Assembly: GCA_965222225.1 (NCBI GenBank)
Contig: CBDCTK010000002.1
Location: 4,512,001-4,576,000 of the forward strand
Direction: 5' to 3'
From: Candidatus Poribacteria bacterium
Lineage (GTDB): Bacteria; Poribacteria; WGA-4E; JAJDTR01
DNA: 64,000 nucleotides
Position 1 is the first letter of the stretch. Each line of letters starts with the position of its first letter. Positions 49,402-58,622 of the stretch are shown one piece after another. A program made the position numbers and the translations under genes. A model generated the notes under the pieces. The model did not search any database, had not been told where the DNA came from, and was given only the letters and a program-made list of their open reading frames with translations.

Positions 49402-50000
49402 AGCTGAAAAAACTTGACATGTGCTACGTATTCTTAGCTTGCATAACGTTTTCCGGTTGTGTATGGTCATCGGTGCTTTCAACAAAATGGAGCGAAAATA
49501 TTGCGCTCACGTCATTTGGGACTCAAGCAACCCATCCAGCGCTGAATGACGGAAAGCGTGACACGATAGCCACCGCTAGGTTAATGAACAAGGAGCGTGT
49601 ATTTGCAATCAAGTTCGATTCAATCAAACCGGTACGAAGGATTATCATCCACAACCACAACCTGTTTCGCTTCGATATAGACTATCGCGACACGAAAACC
49701 TCTGAACCAACCTGGAAGAACGCACATTCTGTTCGTCAACGGCGCGGCGTAGGGGACGAGCGCGCCCAACCCAAATTTGTAATCGATCGACTCAATTTCA
49801 AGACCGATACTATCCGGATTAAGGTCAGCCGGACCGTTGACGATCGGGTGATTTCAAAGCCTATCGCCGACCCCGATGACATGATTGTAGATCATATTCG
49901 GCGGACGGTCGGCGGGCGTTATATGGAATACTTCCGGGTCATTGCGCCATCAATAGCGGCTGTAAACGAGATTGAGGTTTATCATCTGGCTGCCAAGTAA
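49398..50000 (+). CDS. Hypothetical lipoprotein (discoidin-like features)
   Basis: FSGC lipobox; ALNDG and terminal EIEVY motifs. Confidence 0.5.
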   Translation: MKLKKLDMCYVFLACITFSGCVWSSVLSTKWSENIALTSFGTQATHPALNDGKRDTIATARLMNKERVFAIKFDSIKPVRRIIIHNHNLFRFDIDYRDTKTSEPTWKNAHSVRQRRGVGDERAQPKFVIDRLNFKTDTIRIKVSRTVDDRVISKPIADPDDMIVDHIRRTVGGRYMEYFRVIAPSIAAVNEIEVYHLAAK

Positions 50001-50273
50001 AAGGTTGCCGCCCACCGTTGCCCCACCGTTTTTCAGAGGATTTCTGTTGAACGATGTCCCATCCTTGAGGCACATAAGATAACCCATAGGCGAATGCGTG
50101 GTCAGAGGTTTTTTGTTGCTTTTCTGCACTCAATGGTTTATATTGAGCGCAGAATTTGCCATCGTTGAGTGTCTCATATCCCCTAGCCGTTACAACGTAT
50201 TGGCAATATGCCGTACTCTCGGATTTTGGCTGTAAACGTGATACAAGACATACTCTATTGAGAGGGCACCTGT

Positions 50274-51113
50274 GTGCCGATAAGGAGTGAAACCATCGTA
50301 ACAGATCGCGATATATTCTTCTTTGACCTGCGTGGTTATCTGTTTTTGGAAGGGGCACTCTCATCCCAAGAGGTAGCCGACATGAACGCGGTTCTGGACT
50401 CGGCGCCGCCTTTAGCCCCGGGAGAGTGGTGGGGGAACGTGCATGCGCATTCTTACCGGGACAACGACGGAGTGAACCTTCAGCAAATTTATGAAGCCGG
50501 AGAGCCGTTTGAGCGCCTGATTGACCATCCGTTGTGGATTGAGAAGGTCAAATGTTTCATTGGGGGCGAAGGCACGTTCGACTGGAACCACGGACCATTG
50601 TTCATTGATGAAAACTTTGCCAACTTGCGGGCGCCGGGCGAAGCAATCGGGATGCACTCCGGTGGACATATTGGCCTCATACGCAACCAATTTCGCGTCT
50701 TGAACGGCAAATTTCATTGCGGACAAGTCAACGTTCTCATGGCGCTATCGGATATCGGTACTGGCGATGGCGGCACACTTCTCATACCGGGTTCCCACAA
50801 ATCCAACTTCGTTCATCCTGAACTTGAAACCTATCAAATGCGGGGTGAGCGCGCTGGTGAGGATCCTGAAGGAGCAATTGAGATTCATATGAATGCCGGT
50901 GATGTGCTGCTCTTCGTTGACTCTATCTGTCATGGATCGTTGAAGCGCAGCAACCCCGGTCATCGCCGCACGGTTGTGTACCGATATGGTCCATCATGGG
51001 GTAATTTTCGGCACAACTACCAGGTTTCGGGTGAATTATTAGCACGCTTAACTCCAGCACAGCGGCAAATTGTCAGACCGCGATCCAATTGGCCTGCGGA
51101 AACGGTTCAATAA
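50274..51113 (+). CDS. Phytanoyl-CoA dioxygenase (PhyH)-like protein
   Basis: FDLRGY, LIPGSHK, AGDVLLF...HG motifs. Confidence 0.85.
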   Translation: MPIRSETIVTDRDIFFFDLRGYLFLEGALSSQEVADMNAVLDSAPPLAPGEWWGNVHAHSYRDNDGVNLQQIYEAGEPFERLIDHPLWIEKVKCFIGGEGTFDWNHGPLFIDENFANLRAPGEAIGMHSGGHIGLIRNQFRVLNGKFHCGQVNVLMALSDIGTGDGGTLLIPGSHKSNFVHPELETYQMRGERAGEDPEGAIEIHMNAGDVLLFVDSICHGSLKRSNPGHRRTVVYRYGPSWGNFRHNYQVSGELLARLTPAQRQIVRPRSNWPAETVQ

Positions 51114-51254
51114 AAATCTGCAGATTGGCCTGCGGGAAATAAGCACACGAGTGCAAGTAGCGCATAAGGGGGGCATTAAGCAATGCTCTCAGGTGGCAGG
51201 TGGCAGGTGGCAGGTGGCTTAACACATCTATTACGAATACAGTTGAGGCAGTTG

Positions 51255-52175
51255 ATGTTACCTAAATATAGCGATATACCGTTCGTTTTCAATAAGGATC
51301 TTGGGCGTCCACAGCTACCTAAAGCCGATGCCTATTGCCGCACCAATTCTGAGGGGAGACCAATTGTCGAACTGACACCCGCACAGAAATATGCGTTTGA
51401 CTTACGCGGATGGTTGCTTGTCCCGGGCGTGTTGTCGGAAGGCGAGATGGATCCGATTCGGGAGCATATCGAACGACTTCACACGGATCCTGATTCGATT
51501 CCAGAAAAAGATCGTTCTTCAATCGGGGGAGCTTGTGCTAGCTTAACAGATCATCCGGTGGTAGTGGGCTTCATGAACGAGTTTGTCTACAATCCCTTCA
51601 CCGATGGAACAAAGAGTGGTCCCATAGGAAGCGAGCACTGCTACGGCTTTCGACTAGATTCCACCAATTCACAATACCGCCCGGCGAAGGAGGAATCTCC
51701 CGAGATTCCGAACAAAGGTAAATTCGTGCCGCACAATGGAAACGGAATGATGCGCCTGCCCGGCGATCACCACACCTATCACGCATTTCCGGGCCAGGCA
51801 AAGTCAATCTTGACGCGCGCCGTGTGGGAGCTTGCCCCGGTGAAGAAGGGCAAAGGGGGTACACTCTTTGTGAGCGGAAGTCACAAAGCCGCCTTTCCCA
51901 CCCCAATAGAGGCAGTCACAGACATGAATTCGTCATTTTGGGACACCTACAGTTGCCCGGCAGGTTCAGTGCTCTTCTTTACGGAGGCGGTTACGCATAG
52001 TCCGGGGGTCTGGACTAATAAGGACAATCCTCGGGCAGCTATCTTCAATCTCTACAACATAGTCGGCAGCAAGTGGTCAAACTGGGGGCCTCACCCGGAT
52101 TTGCTGGAACAGATGCCGCCGCAACGGCAAACGCTATTTCGACCTGTCTATGTAAACAGGAATGTCATTGCATAG
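51255..52175 (+). CDS. PhyH-like protein
   Basis: FDLRGW, FVSGSHK, PAGSVLFFTEAVTH; start uncertain. Confidence 0.8.
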   Translation: MLPKYSDIPFVFNKDLGRPQLPKADAYCRTNSEGRPIVELTPAQKYAFDLRGWLLVPGVLSEGEMDPIREHIERLHTDPDSIPEKDRSSIGGACASLTDHPVVVGFMNEFVYNPFTDGTKSGPIGSEHCYGFRLDSTNSQYRPAKEESPEIPNKGKFVPHNGNGMMRLPGDHHTYHAFPGQAKSILTRAVWELAPVKKGKGGTLFVSGSHKAAFPTPIEAVTDMNSSFWDTYSCPAGSVLFFTEAVTHSPGVWTNKDNPRAAIFNLYNIVGSKWSNWGPHPDLLEQMPPQRQTLFRPVYVNRNVIA

Positions 52176-52916
52176 GTTGGCTGCACTTTGCCCATATCGC
52201 TGTCAAAATACGCGAGCCACCCACAGTATAATCCACCTCTGGGCAGCATTCTATCATCAGTACGCGGCACTCCTCCACGAAAGGATAACGGTTGCTGCCA
52301 AGGAGATTTGCAGAGTCAACCGAGTTAATCCACAGACGTTCCGTGCTCAAGGCGGACTGTATCCACATTTGATGCGAATTTGGAGTGGTTTCTTAACCCG
52401 TACCGATATGCCGGATATCGCTGTTGGAACGTGCATGACAACAATATGAAACGCAACCCTAAAACAGAATAGCCCCTATTTGTGGTGCCTTTTTTGTTCC
52501 CATTTTCTGCAATTGTGGTATAATATATGCTATTCCAATCCACAAGTGAGGTGACGAATTGTTCTATCAATTGATTCCGGGGCAGTGGGAATGAGTGACC
52601 TGCCACCGAAAAACTGGACGCAAAATCGGCATAGTCCCGTCACCGTTGACTTCCCCCTCCAAACCTTCTCCACTCTGCCCGAATTGATTCGACACACTTT
52701 CGAGGTCGAGGATATTGGTCTTACCGTTGCACCGAAAGCCCCATTTCAGCCGTCAAGCATCAGACTTAATTCACGCCGATTGCAACTCCAGCTCGGTGAA
52801 GCTGGTTCGTAACGCGTCGGTTGCCGCAGCGAGGATCTTTCAGACAAACCGTTTCAATAGTCTTCCGAAACCATGAGTCATCACGTTGAGTTTTTGATTC
52901 AGGAGGTGAGATTCAG

Positions 52917-53741
52917 ATGAAAAAAGTTGTTTCAATTTTCGGAGTGTTGTTTATTCTGGCAAAAATTTGCACCATGGCACTCGCCGATGCGGTTCCTGGC
53001 GCTTTGCTCTACCTTGACGCCCGTGACAATCCCGCGCATGATGGTGCCTGGACGAACCTCGGTACTGTTGGTGGAGAATTATCAGGCGCGGGCAAACCGC
53101 CGGTACTCGAAGAGGGCACAATCGCGATACCTGCTCTTGGTATTGATACAATCTCGAAGTTCTATACCCACGAGAAGTCCGGTCAGTGCTGGGGCGGCCA
53201 AGGTGACAACCTCAAACTGTTTCTTGAGCACTGGACCATCGAGTTTCTATTCAAAATCAATGGCGATTCTCACAAGAATTCACCTAGAAATCAGTTTGTG
53301 GGTTTTCAGCCCAAGAAGCTGCGAGGAGAAAATGCGATTCGGCTTAATTTTCAGTCGGATATCGGTGAGCTTTGGGGCCAATTCAGCAATGTGCAGGCGG
53401 CGCTCAGACCTAATACGGGGCTTGAAGAAGGCGTGTGGACCTGGATGACTCTCTTGAGCGGAGACACGATTAAGATATACCACGAAGGCAAAATCAAGAA
53501 TCTGTTGCCGGGTGCCAAAAAATTCAACAAGGAGACGCCTATAGAAGTGGTCGTAATAGGCGCGAATAGCTATGGAGAACGCGACCAGACCTTCAACGGC
53601 TCGGTTGCACTCGTTCGTTTCTATGACAGAGTATTGAGCAAAGATGAGATTAACCAAAACATCACAGCCTGGACTGAATGGCGCAGCGTTGATCCTGCCT
53701 CAAAACTCTCAACGACCTGGGGTAGCATCAAAGGAGAATGA
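52917..53741 (+). CDS. Secreted LamG-like jellyroll protein, paralog 1
   Basis: Signal peptide; FNGSVALVRFYDRVLS..EI; tail VDPASKLSTTWG. Confidence 0.8.
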   Translation: MKKVVSIFGVLFILAKICTMALADAVPGALLYLDARDNPAHDGAWTNLGTVGGELSGAGKPPVLEEGTIAIPALGIDTISKFYTHEKSGQCWGGQGDNLKLFLEHWTIEFLFKINGDSHKNSPRNQFVGFQPKKLRGENAIRLNFQSDIGELWGQFSNVQAALRPNTGLEEGVWTWMTLLSGDTIKIYHEGKIKNLLPGAKKFNKETPIEVVVIGANSYGERDQTFNGSVALVRFYDRVLSKDEINQNITAWTEWRSVDPASKLSTTWGSIKGE

Positions 53742-53895
53742 GAGTCTCTCAAAACAGTGTAGGGCAATGATCTTGCCTTTTTCTTACCCTTTGATCTGGG
53801 ACAAAAATTAAATCCTTCCGGATGGCAAATGTGTGACGAGGTAAAAACGCTTTGTTTGAGCGATGATGATCCTTTGATTCAGAGGTGAAATTCTG

Positions 53896-54717
53896 ATGAA
53901 AACAGTAGTCTCAGTTCTCTTCGTGTTGTTTGTTCTGCCAACTGTTTGCACCATAGCGCTCGCCGACGCGGTACCTGGCGCTTTGCTCTACCTTGACGCC
54001 CGTGACAATCGCGCGCATCCGACCGCTTGGACGAACCACGGCACGGCTGGTGGAGAATTGTCAGGCGCGGGTAATTCGCCGGAACTTGAAGAGGGCACAA
54101 TTGCTATACCTGCCCTTGGTATTGATACGATCTCGAGGTTCTATACCCACAGGAAGCCCGGTCAGTGCTGGGGCGGCAAAGGCGACGGCCTGAAAATATT
54201 TCTCGAAACCTGGACCATCGAGCTACTTGTCAGAATGAATTCCATTGACGATTCCCACAGAGCTGGACTTAGGAATCAGATTGCCGGCTTTCAGCCCCAG
54301 AAGTTGGAAGGAGACAATGCCATTCGGATTAGTTTTTGGTGGGAGCCAGGTGAGATTGGGGGCCAATTCGGAGGGGCGAGAGACAATCTGCTTCTGCTCG
54401 AGGAAGATGTGTGGACCTGGATAAATTTTGTTAGCGGAGCGACGATCAAGCTATACAAGGACGGTAGAGTGCGCAACCTGATGGAGGGCGCCAAATTCAA
54501 CAAGGAGACGCCTATAGAAGTGGTCGTAATAGGTGCGAATAGCTATGGTGAACGCGCTCGGAACTTCAACGGCTCGATAGCTCTCGTTCGTGTCTATGAC
54601 AGAGCATTGAGCACAGCTGAGATTAAACAGAACATCACAGCTTGGGCCGAATGGCGAAGCGTCGATCCTGCCTCAAAACTCGCGACGACCTGGGGTGGAG
54701 TGAAGACAAGATATTGA
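53896..54717 (+). CDS. Secreted LamG-like jellyroll protein, paralog 2
   Basis: Tandem duplicate including RBS region; tail VDPASKLATTWG. Confidence 0.8.
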   Translation: MKTVVSVLFVLFVLPTVCTIALADAVPGALLYLDARDNRAHPTAWTNHGTAGGELSGAGNSPELEEGTIAIPALGIDTISRFYTHRKPGQCWGGKGDGLKIFLETWTIELLVRMNSIDDSHRAGLRNQIAGFQPQKLEGDNAIRISFWWEPGEIGGQFGGARDNLLLLEEDVWTWINFVSGATIKLYKDGRVRNLMEGAKFNKETPIEVVVIGANSYGERARNFNGSIALVRVYDRALSTAEIKQNITAWAEWRSVDPASKLATTWGGVKTRY

Positions 54718-54788
54718 CTCGCTGGTTGGTAAATGGGCCACCCGTCTGGCAGCCAACAGTATATTAGGTCACTGCATCGTGCTCCTCT

Positions 54789-55964
54789 CTATCTACCCAA
54801 GCGTTTTTCTTCTTCTGTAAGCCATTCCGGGTCGGTCATCGGCATTGGTTCAGGTGCCTCTAATCCAGCCTCTCTGCGCCAGCGGATCAAAGGGTGTTCA
54901 CGGTTAGATTGGGGGAGATCTACGCGAGTACCGTATGCCGCTGACTCAAAAATACCCATAATGATTTCGATGACATGACTCCCCTCGGCACCACTGCATT
55001 CGTGCTCCCGCCCTTCATCTAGTGCCCGTACATATTCGTCCACAAACCAATAATCACCTTCATTCAAGTTGATATTGCCGGGGGTCGTTTCGACCGCTTG
55101 TGCAAAGCTGTCCGCATAGATGGGTGTTAGCACTTCCCATCCATCCCGCTCATTTGCGGGCGGAACGTGAGGATTGGGCAACCACCAAGCCCCTCGCGGA
55201 TGCCACATTAATCGCCCTTCTGTTCCATAGAGTTCAACGACGTGGGCATCTAACTCGATTTTCTTAAATTGGTGTTGGAGCAGCGTCCCCGTCACCCCAT
55301 TGGCAAACTGTAAGGTCGCGGTGACGTGGTCACCCGCTATAATGCCATTTCCGCGTGGGGCAGGCAGAACTTCCTGTGGGGTGATTGGGCGGCCACGGGT
55401 GGTCGCATGCGCCGTGACACTCTGACAATGACCACCATATTTGATGACTTGAGTCAGTACATGCGTGCCAATCTCCATCAGACCAAAGCCTCCGTAATAG
55501 CCCTTACCGCTGGCATAGATGTAGCGCAACTCGCCGATCCGACCCGCCTGATAAGCTTGATTAACAGCTTGGTTCCAAGCACTCAACCGCCATTGATGAT
55601 GCACCACGACCTGGACGCCCTTTTCAGCTGCTTTGTTCATCACCGCATCCGTCTCGATGAGATCCATTCCCATCGGTTTTTCAACTTCGATGTTAACGCC
55701 ATGTTCCAGCACCCGCAACGCTAAGGGAGCATGCAAGGCTGGTGCGGTCGGGATAGCGACAATATCTGGATCAGTCTGGCGAATCATCTCATCCAAATCC
55801 GTAAAACGAGCGCCTAGGTCAAGCTCATCTCCCAGAGTGTTCAGTCGGTCTTCGATCAAGTCGCACAATCCGACTACCTTCGTCCGCGGGTGGGCGTGAT
55901 AGACTCTAGCGGCTGATGTTCCGCGGGATCGACACCCTAAAATAGCGACGCGATACGTTTTCAT
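54789..55964 (-). CDS. Gfo/Idh/MocA family oxidoreductase
   Basis: YRVAILGC, PDIVAIPT..LH, EKP, GTH, YGTEG motifs. Confidence 0.88.
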   Translation of the reverse strand: MKTYRVAILGCRSRGTSAARVYHAHPRTKVVGLCDLIEDRLNTLGDELDLGARFTDLDEMIRQTDPDIVAIPTAPALHAPLALRVLEHGVNIEVEKPMGMDLIETDAVMNKAAEKGVQVVVHHQWRLSAWNQAVNQAYQAGRIGELRYIYASGKGYYGGFGLMEIGTHVLTQVIKYGGHCQSVTAHATTRGRPITPQEVLPAPRGNGIIAGDHVTATLQFANGVTGTLLQHQFKKIELDAHVVELYGTEGRLMWHPRGAWWLPNPHVPPANERDGWEVLTPIYADSFAQAVETTPGNINLNEGDYWFVDEYVRALDEGREHECSGAEGSHVIEIIMGIFESAAYGTRVDLPQSNREHPLIRWRREAGLEAPEPMPMTDPEWLTEEEKRLGR

Positions 55965-56140
55965 TTTTCCCCTTTGAAAGTAAACTCGCTGCTTTCTTGT
56001 TGTAATGCGCCGTCGCCAAAAATCACGGCGCAAGTCTCACCGCTGGTTGTTTTCGTAGCGGCTTCCATATAACAGACACTAAAGGCTCGTCGTGGTATTT
56101 CGGTTGTGTTAACCCCGGATGCGTGGGGAAGGTAGATGTA
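55961..56140 (-). pseudogene. C-terminal fragment of a PhyH-like dioxygenase
   Basis: LPHASGVNTTEIPRRAFSVCY resembles the PhyH H-x-S-x-x-N...RR tail; no N-terminal part recognised. Confidence 0.5.
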
Positions 56141-56470
56141 AGGATGTGTCCGGTCGTCTAGTGGTTGTCGTGTCCCCGAGCTACATTTGAAGCGGTAATG
56201 AGGAATACTGACCCAAGCAGGTTTGGCAACAATTAAAATTTGGCAGCTTTCGCTGCCTACCTTGGAAACAATAATAACGTGGGCGTTAGATTGAACAAGG
56301 CCACTAGAGATTATCCGATAGAGTCCCGAAAAGGTCAAGAAGAAATTGCTTACGTTTTTGATAAATTCTTTTTAACCCCGCACGGATCAAAACGGTATCA
56401 TACCATTTGTAGTATTAGATGAGGGTTTCCTTTTACGGGTAATGTCTGTAGTTTAAAAGGTGCACGTACG

Positions 56471-56570
56471 AATCAGTTTGCCGGCTTTTAGCCCAAGAAG
56501 TTGCAAGGACCCAATGCGATTCGACTTTTTTTGGTTAGGTCTAGGTGAGCTTGGACGTATATTCAGTGAC
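56471..56570 (+). pseudogene. Remnant of a third LamG paralog (central segment)
   Basis: AATCAGTTTGCCGGCTTTTAGCCCAAGAAG...AATGCGATTCG matches ~53289-53342 and ~54274-54327; in-frame TAG. Confidence 0.65.
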
Positions 56571-56682
56571 GGGGGAGGCACGATACTCAGAGGGTGAAAT
56601 AACGTGGAGGCGCGAGATTCGGTATCGGTGTAAAATTCGATCCTGCGAGCTCAAAAGATTGACAGAGACCGCTGCTGCAGCT

Positions 56683-58035
56683 TCAATTCAGAACTCTCAG
56701 GAATTTGAAACCGTAATTCCCGAGCTGAAGGTCAAGCTCACCATTCTCGTTCGCCGTAATCGTCTCTCCGCTGAAATAATTGGTCAGGGTCTTCGCTTGA
56801 TCGCCGAGGAAGGTTTTCACCTGCTTCGGTGCGTCACCAAAGTTGAATACGGTGACGGCCATTTCAGTCTCATCGTCGCTCGTGCGTAATGCCGCAAAGA
56901 CCGTATTCCTGCAATCAGTGGGCAGTTCCTCGATCTCACCGATTGCGAGCGCCTTCTCCCTAGCGCGCAGTGAAAATACCCGCTTGAAGAACTCGTACGG
57001 CGAATCGGGATCGCCCTCCTGACGATCAATCTCGGCCCAATCGATTTTCCCGGAGCGGGGCTCGTCAACTATGGGAGGGGGTTTGATTGGCTTTGTGGGG
57101 TAGGTCATGTCGTTCGCAGAGGCCCATATCTGGTCCGGCAGTGCCGCGTTGAACGCAACTTGAAGACGCCACGCCGGCAGTTTGTTGACCAAAGGGAAAG
57201 GCTTCTGCCTGGGGTCCCCAAATTGCTGATACGGAAACATGTCGTAGTCAATCAAGGCCTGTCTTGTTACCAATCCATGCCGGATGTAGTCCGGGTCGTG
57301 CTCCAGAATCGCTTTTGTCTCGTTGTAGAGCTGGGTTCGTCGGAAGCCCGTGCCCCCGTTGAACCCGCCGTGGCGGATAATGTCATGCTCCAGTGCCATA
57401 TTCTCGCTGGTGATGAAGCCGCCCCGATCCTTCACATAATCTGTGAGCGTTCTGACCACCTCGACGTTGAGGTTCCTCCACGAGGCAATTGAGTCAACGT
57501 CCCAGCCGGAAATTCCGTGATCCATCCAGAATCCGATGTGTTCGAGGTACGCCTCCATATAGGTGGGATTCGCGAAGTCGGGCCCAGGATGATTCCATGT
57601 CGTGGCTACCGTCCCGTCGTCCTCCCACTGAAACCATGAGATCCTAGGGTCATCCCTCCCTTCCTCATGGGCTTTCCTTGCGGCTACATAATCGGGGTGG
57701 TGCCAACCCATGTATTCCGGAACCGCCATCACCAGAAGTTTGAAATCCTTCTTTCTGGAGTCTTCTACGAGCCGATCGAAGTCCTCCATAGTTCCATAGA
57801 GAGGATCTACGTCGAACCAATCCTGTGCCACCAGTCCCGACCACTCGAAGTCATCGTCAAACCGGGTTACTTGATGGAGCAGCAGTCCGGATATGCCCAT
57901 ATCAATGAGGTAATCTAGATGCTGACGGATCCCTTCAAAGTCTCCGAATCCATCGCCGTTCGAGTCCCACGCCCGAGGGACAGTGAGGCTCAGCAGAGTT
58001 GGGTGCGTTGACCACCACCCAGACGGTTTAGCCAT
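56683..58035 (-). CDS. Alpha-amylase (GH13)-like protein
   Basis: DSNGDGFGDFEGI..LDYL, VDPLYGTMEDF, GISGWDVD, VFNF motifs. Confidence 0.8.
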   Translation of the reverse strand: MAKPSGWWSTHPTLLSLTVPRAWDSNGDGFGDFEGIRQHLDYLIDMGISGLLLHQVTRFDDDFEWSGLVAQDWFDVDPLYGTMEDFDRLVEDSRKKDFKLLVMAVPEYMGWHHPDYVAARKAHEEGRDDPRISWFQWEDDGTVATTWNHPGPDFANPTYMEAYLEHIGFWMDHGISGWDVDSIASWRNLNVEVVRTLTDYVKDRGGFITSENMALEHDIIRHGGFNGGTGFRRTQLYNETKAILEHDPDYIRHGLVTRQALIDYDMFPYQQFGDPRQKPFPLVNKLPAWRLQVAFNAALPDQIWASANDMTYPTKPIKPPPIVDEPRSGKIDWAEIDRQEGDPDSPYEFFKRVFSLRAREKALAIGEIEELPTDCRNTVFAALRTSDDETEMAVTVFNFGDAPKQVKTFLGDQAKTLTNYFSGETITANENGELDLQLGNYGFKFLRVLN

Positions 58036-58290
58036 GTTATGACTCCTTCAATTTACGCCACCCATTCTTGGCGTAAAATTCGCCAGTGGTGGCGCGGGGA
58101 TTTGTGTGCGTCCGTTGGATGGATCGATTAGCGACGGATTCCTGCAATTGCACCAAACTTGCAGCCTTCGCCGCCTGACGGCTAAGGACGCCGTCAGGCT
58201 GTAGTCCAAACCGTCTGTGGGGAGTAATACCATTTCTCTATATTTGCTGTGCATTAATAGCGTCAATCAAGCCTCTCCGAGGCGGGGCAA

Positions 58291-58352
58291 GAAGATCTCT
58301 ATCGCGGTCACTACAGGATCTTCTATCGCCTTCGCTATTCGCTCAGTTGATC
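58291..58352. repeat. 37-nt elements in REP-like stem (same context as 29918)
   Basis: GCGGGGCAA|left half + full unit|CCCGGCTA. Confidence 0.8.
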
Positions 58353-58380
58353 CCCGGCTATTCACCACCTTTGCCCTTTA

Positions 58381-58618
58381 GAGCCTGATTGAATAATCGG
58401 TAGCAAAGCCATTTTTGGTCATTTGAAGACACGATTTTTCATGTTGTTATTGTTGCCTGCTACGTACCTGTGGGATCCCTACGAGATTTCTATCGCGGTG
58501 GGATCTTCTATCGCACTCGCTATCTGCTCGCTTGATCCTATTCGGTCACTTGATCACTCGTTATCCACTCGCTTGATCGCAGTGCGCACCCTACAAACTG
58601 TACTTTTCAAACAGGCTC
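58381..58618 (+). mobile_element. Complete TTA-MITE with triple-nested 37-nt elements (58472-58578)
   Basis: tta|GAGCCTGATTGAA...TTCAAACAGGCTC|ttg. Confidence 0.85.
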
Positions 58619-58622
58619 TTGA

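Noticed and set aside
51191-51218. (AGGTGGC)x4 tandem repeat as a phase-variation switch
   Set aside because: Only four units, probably upstream of the true start; no evidence of length variation
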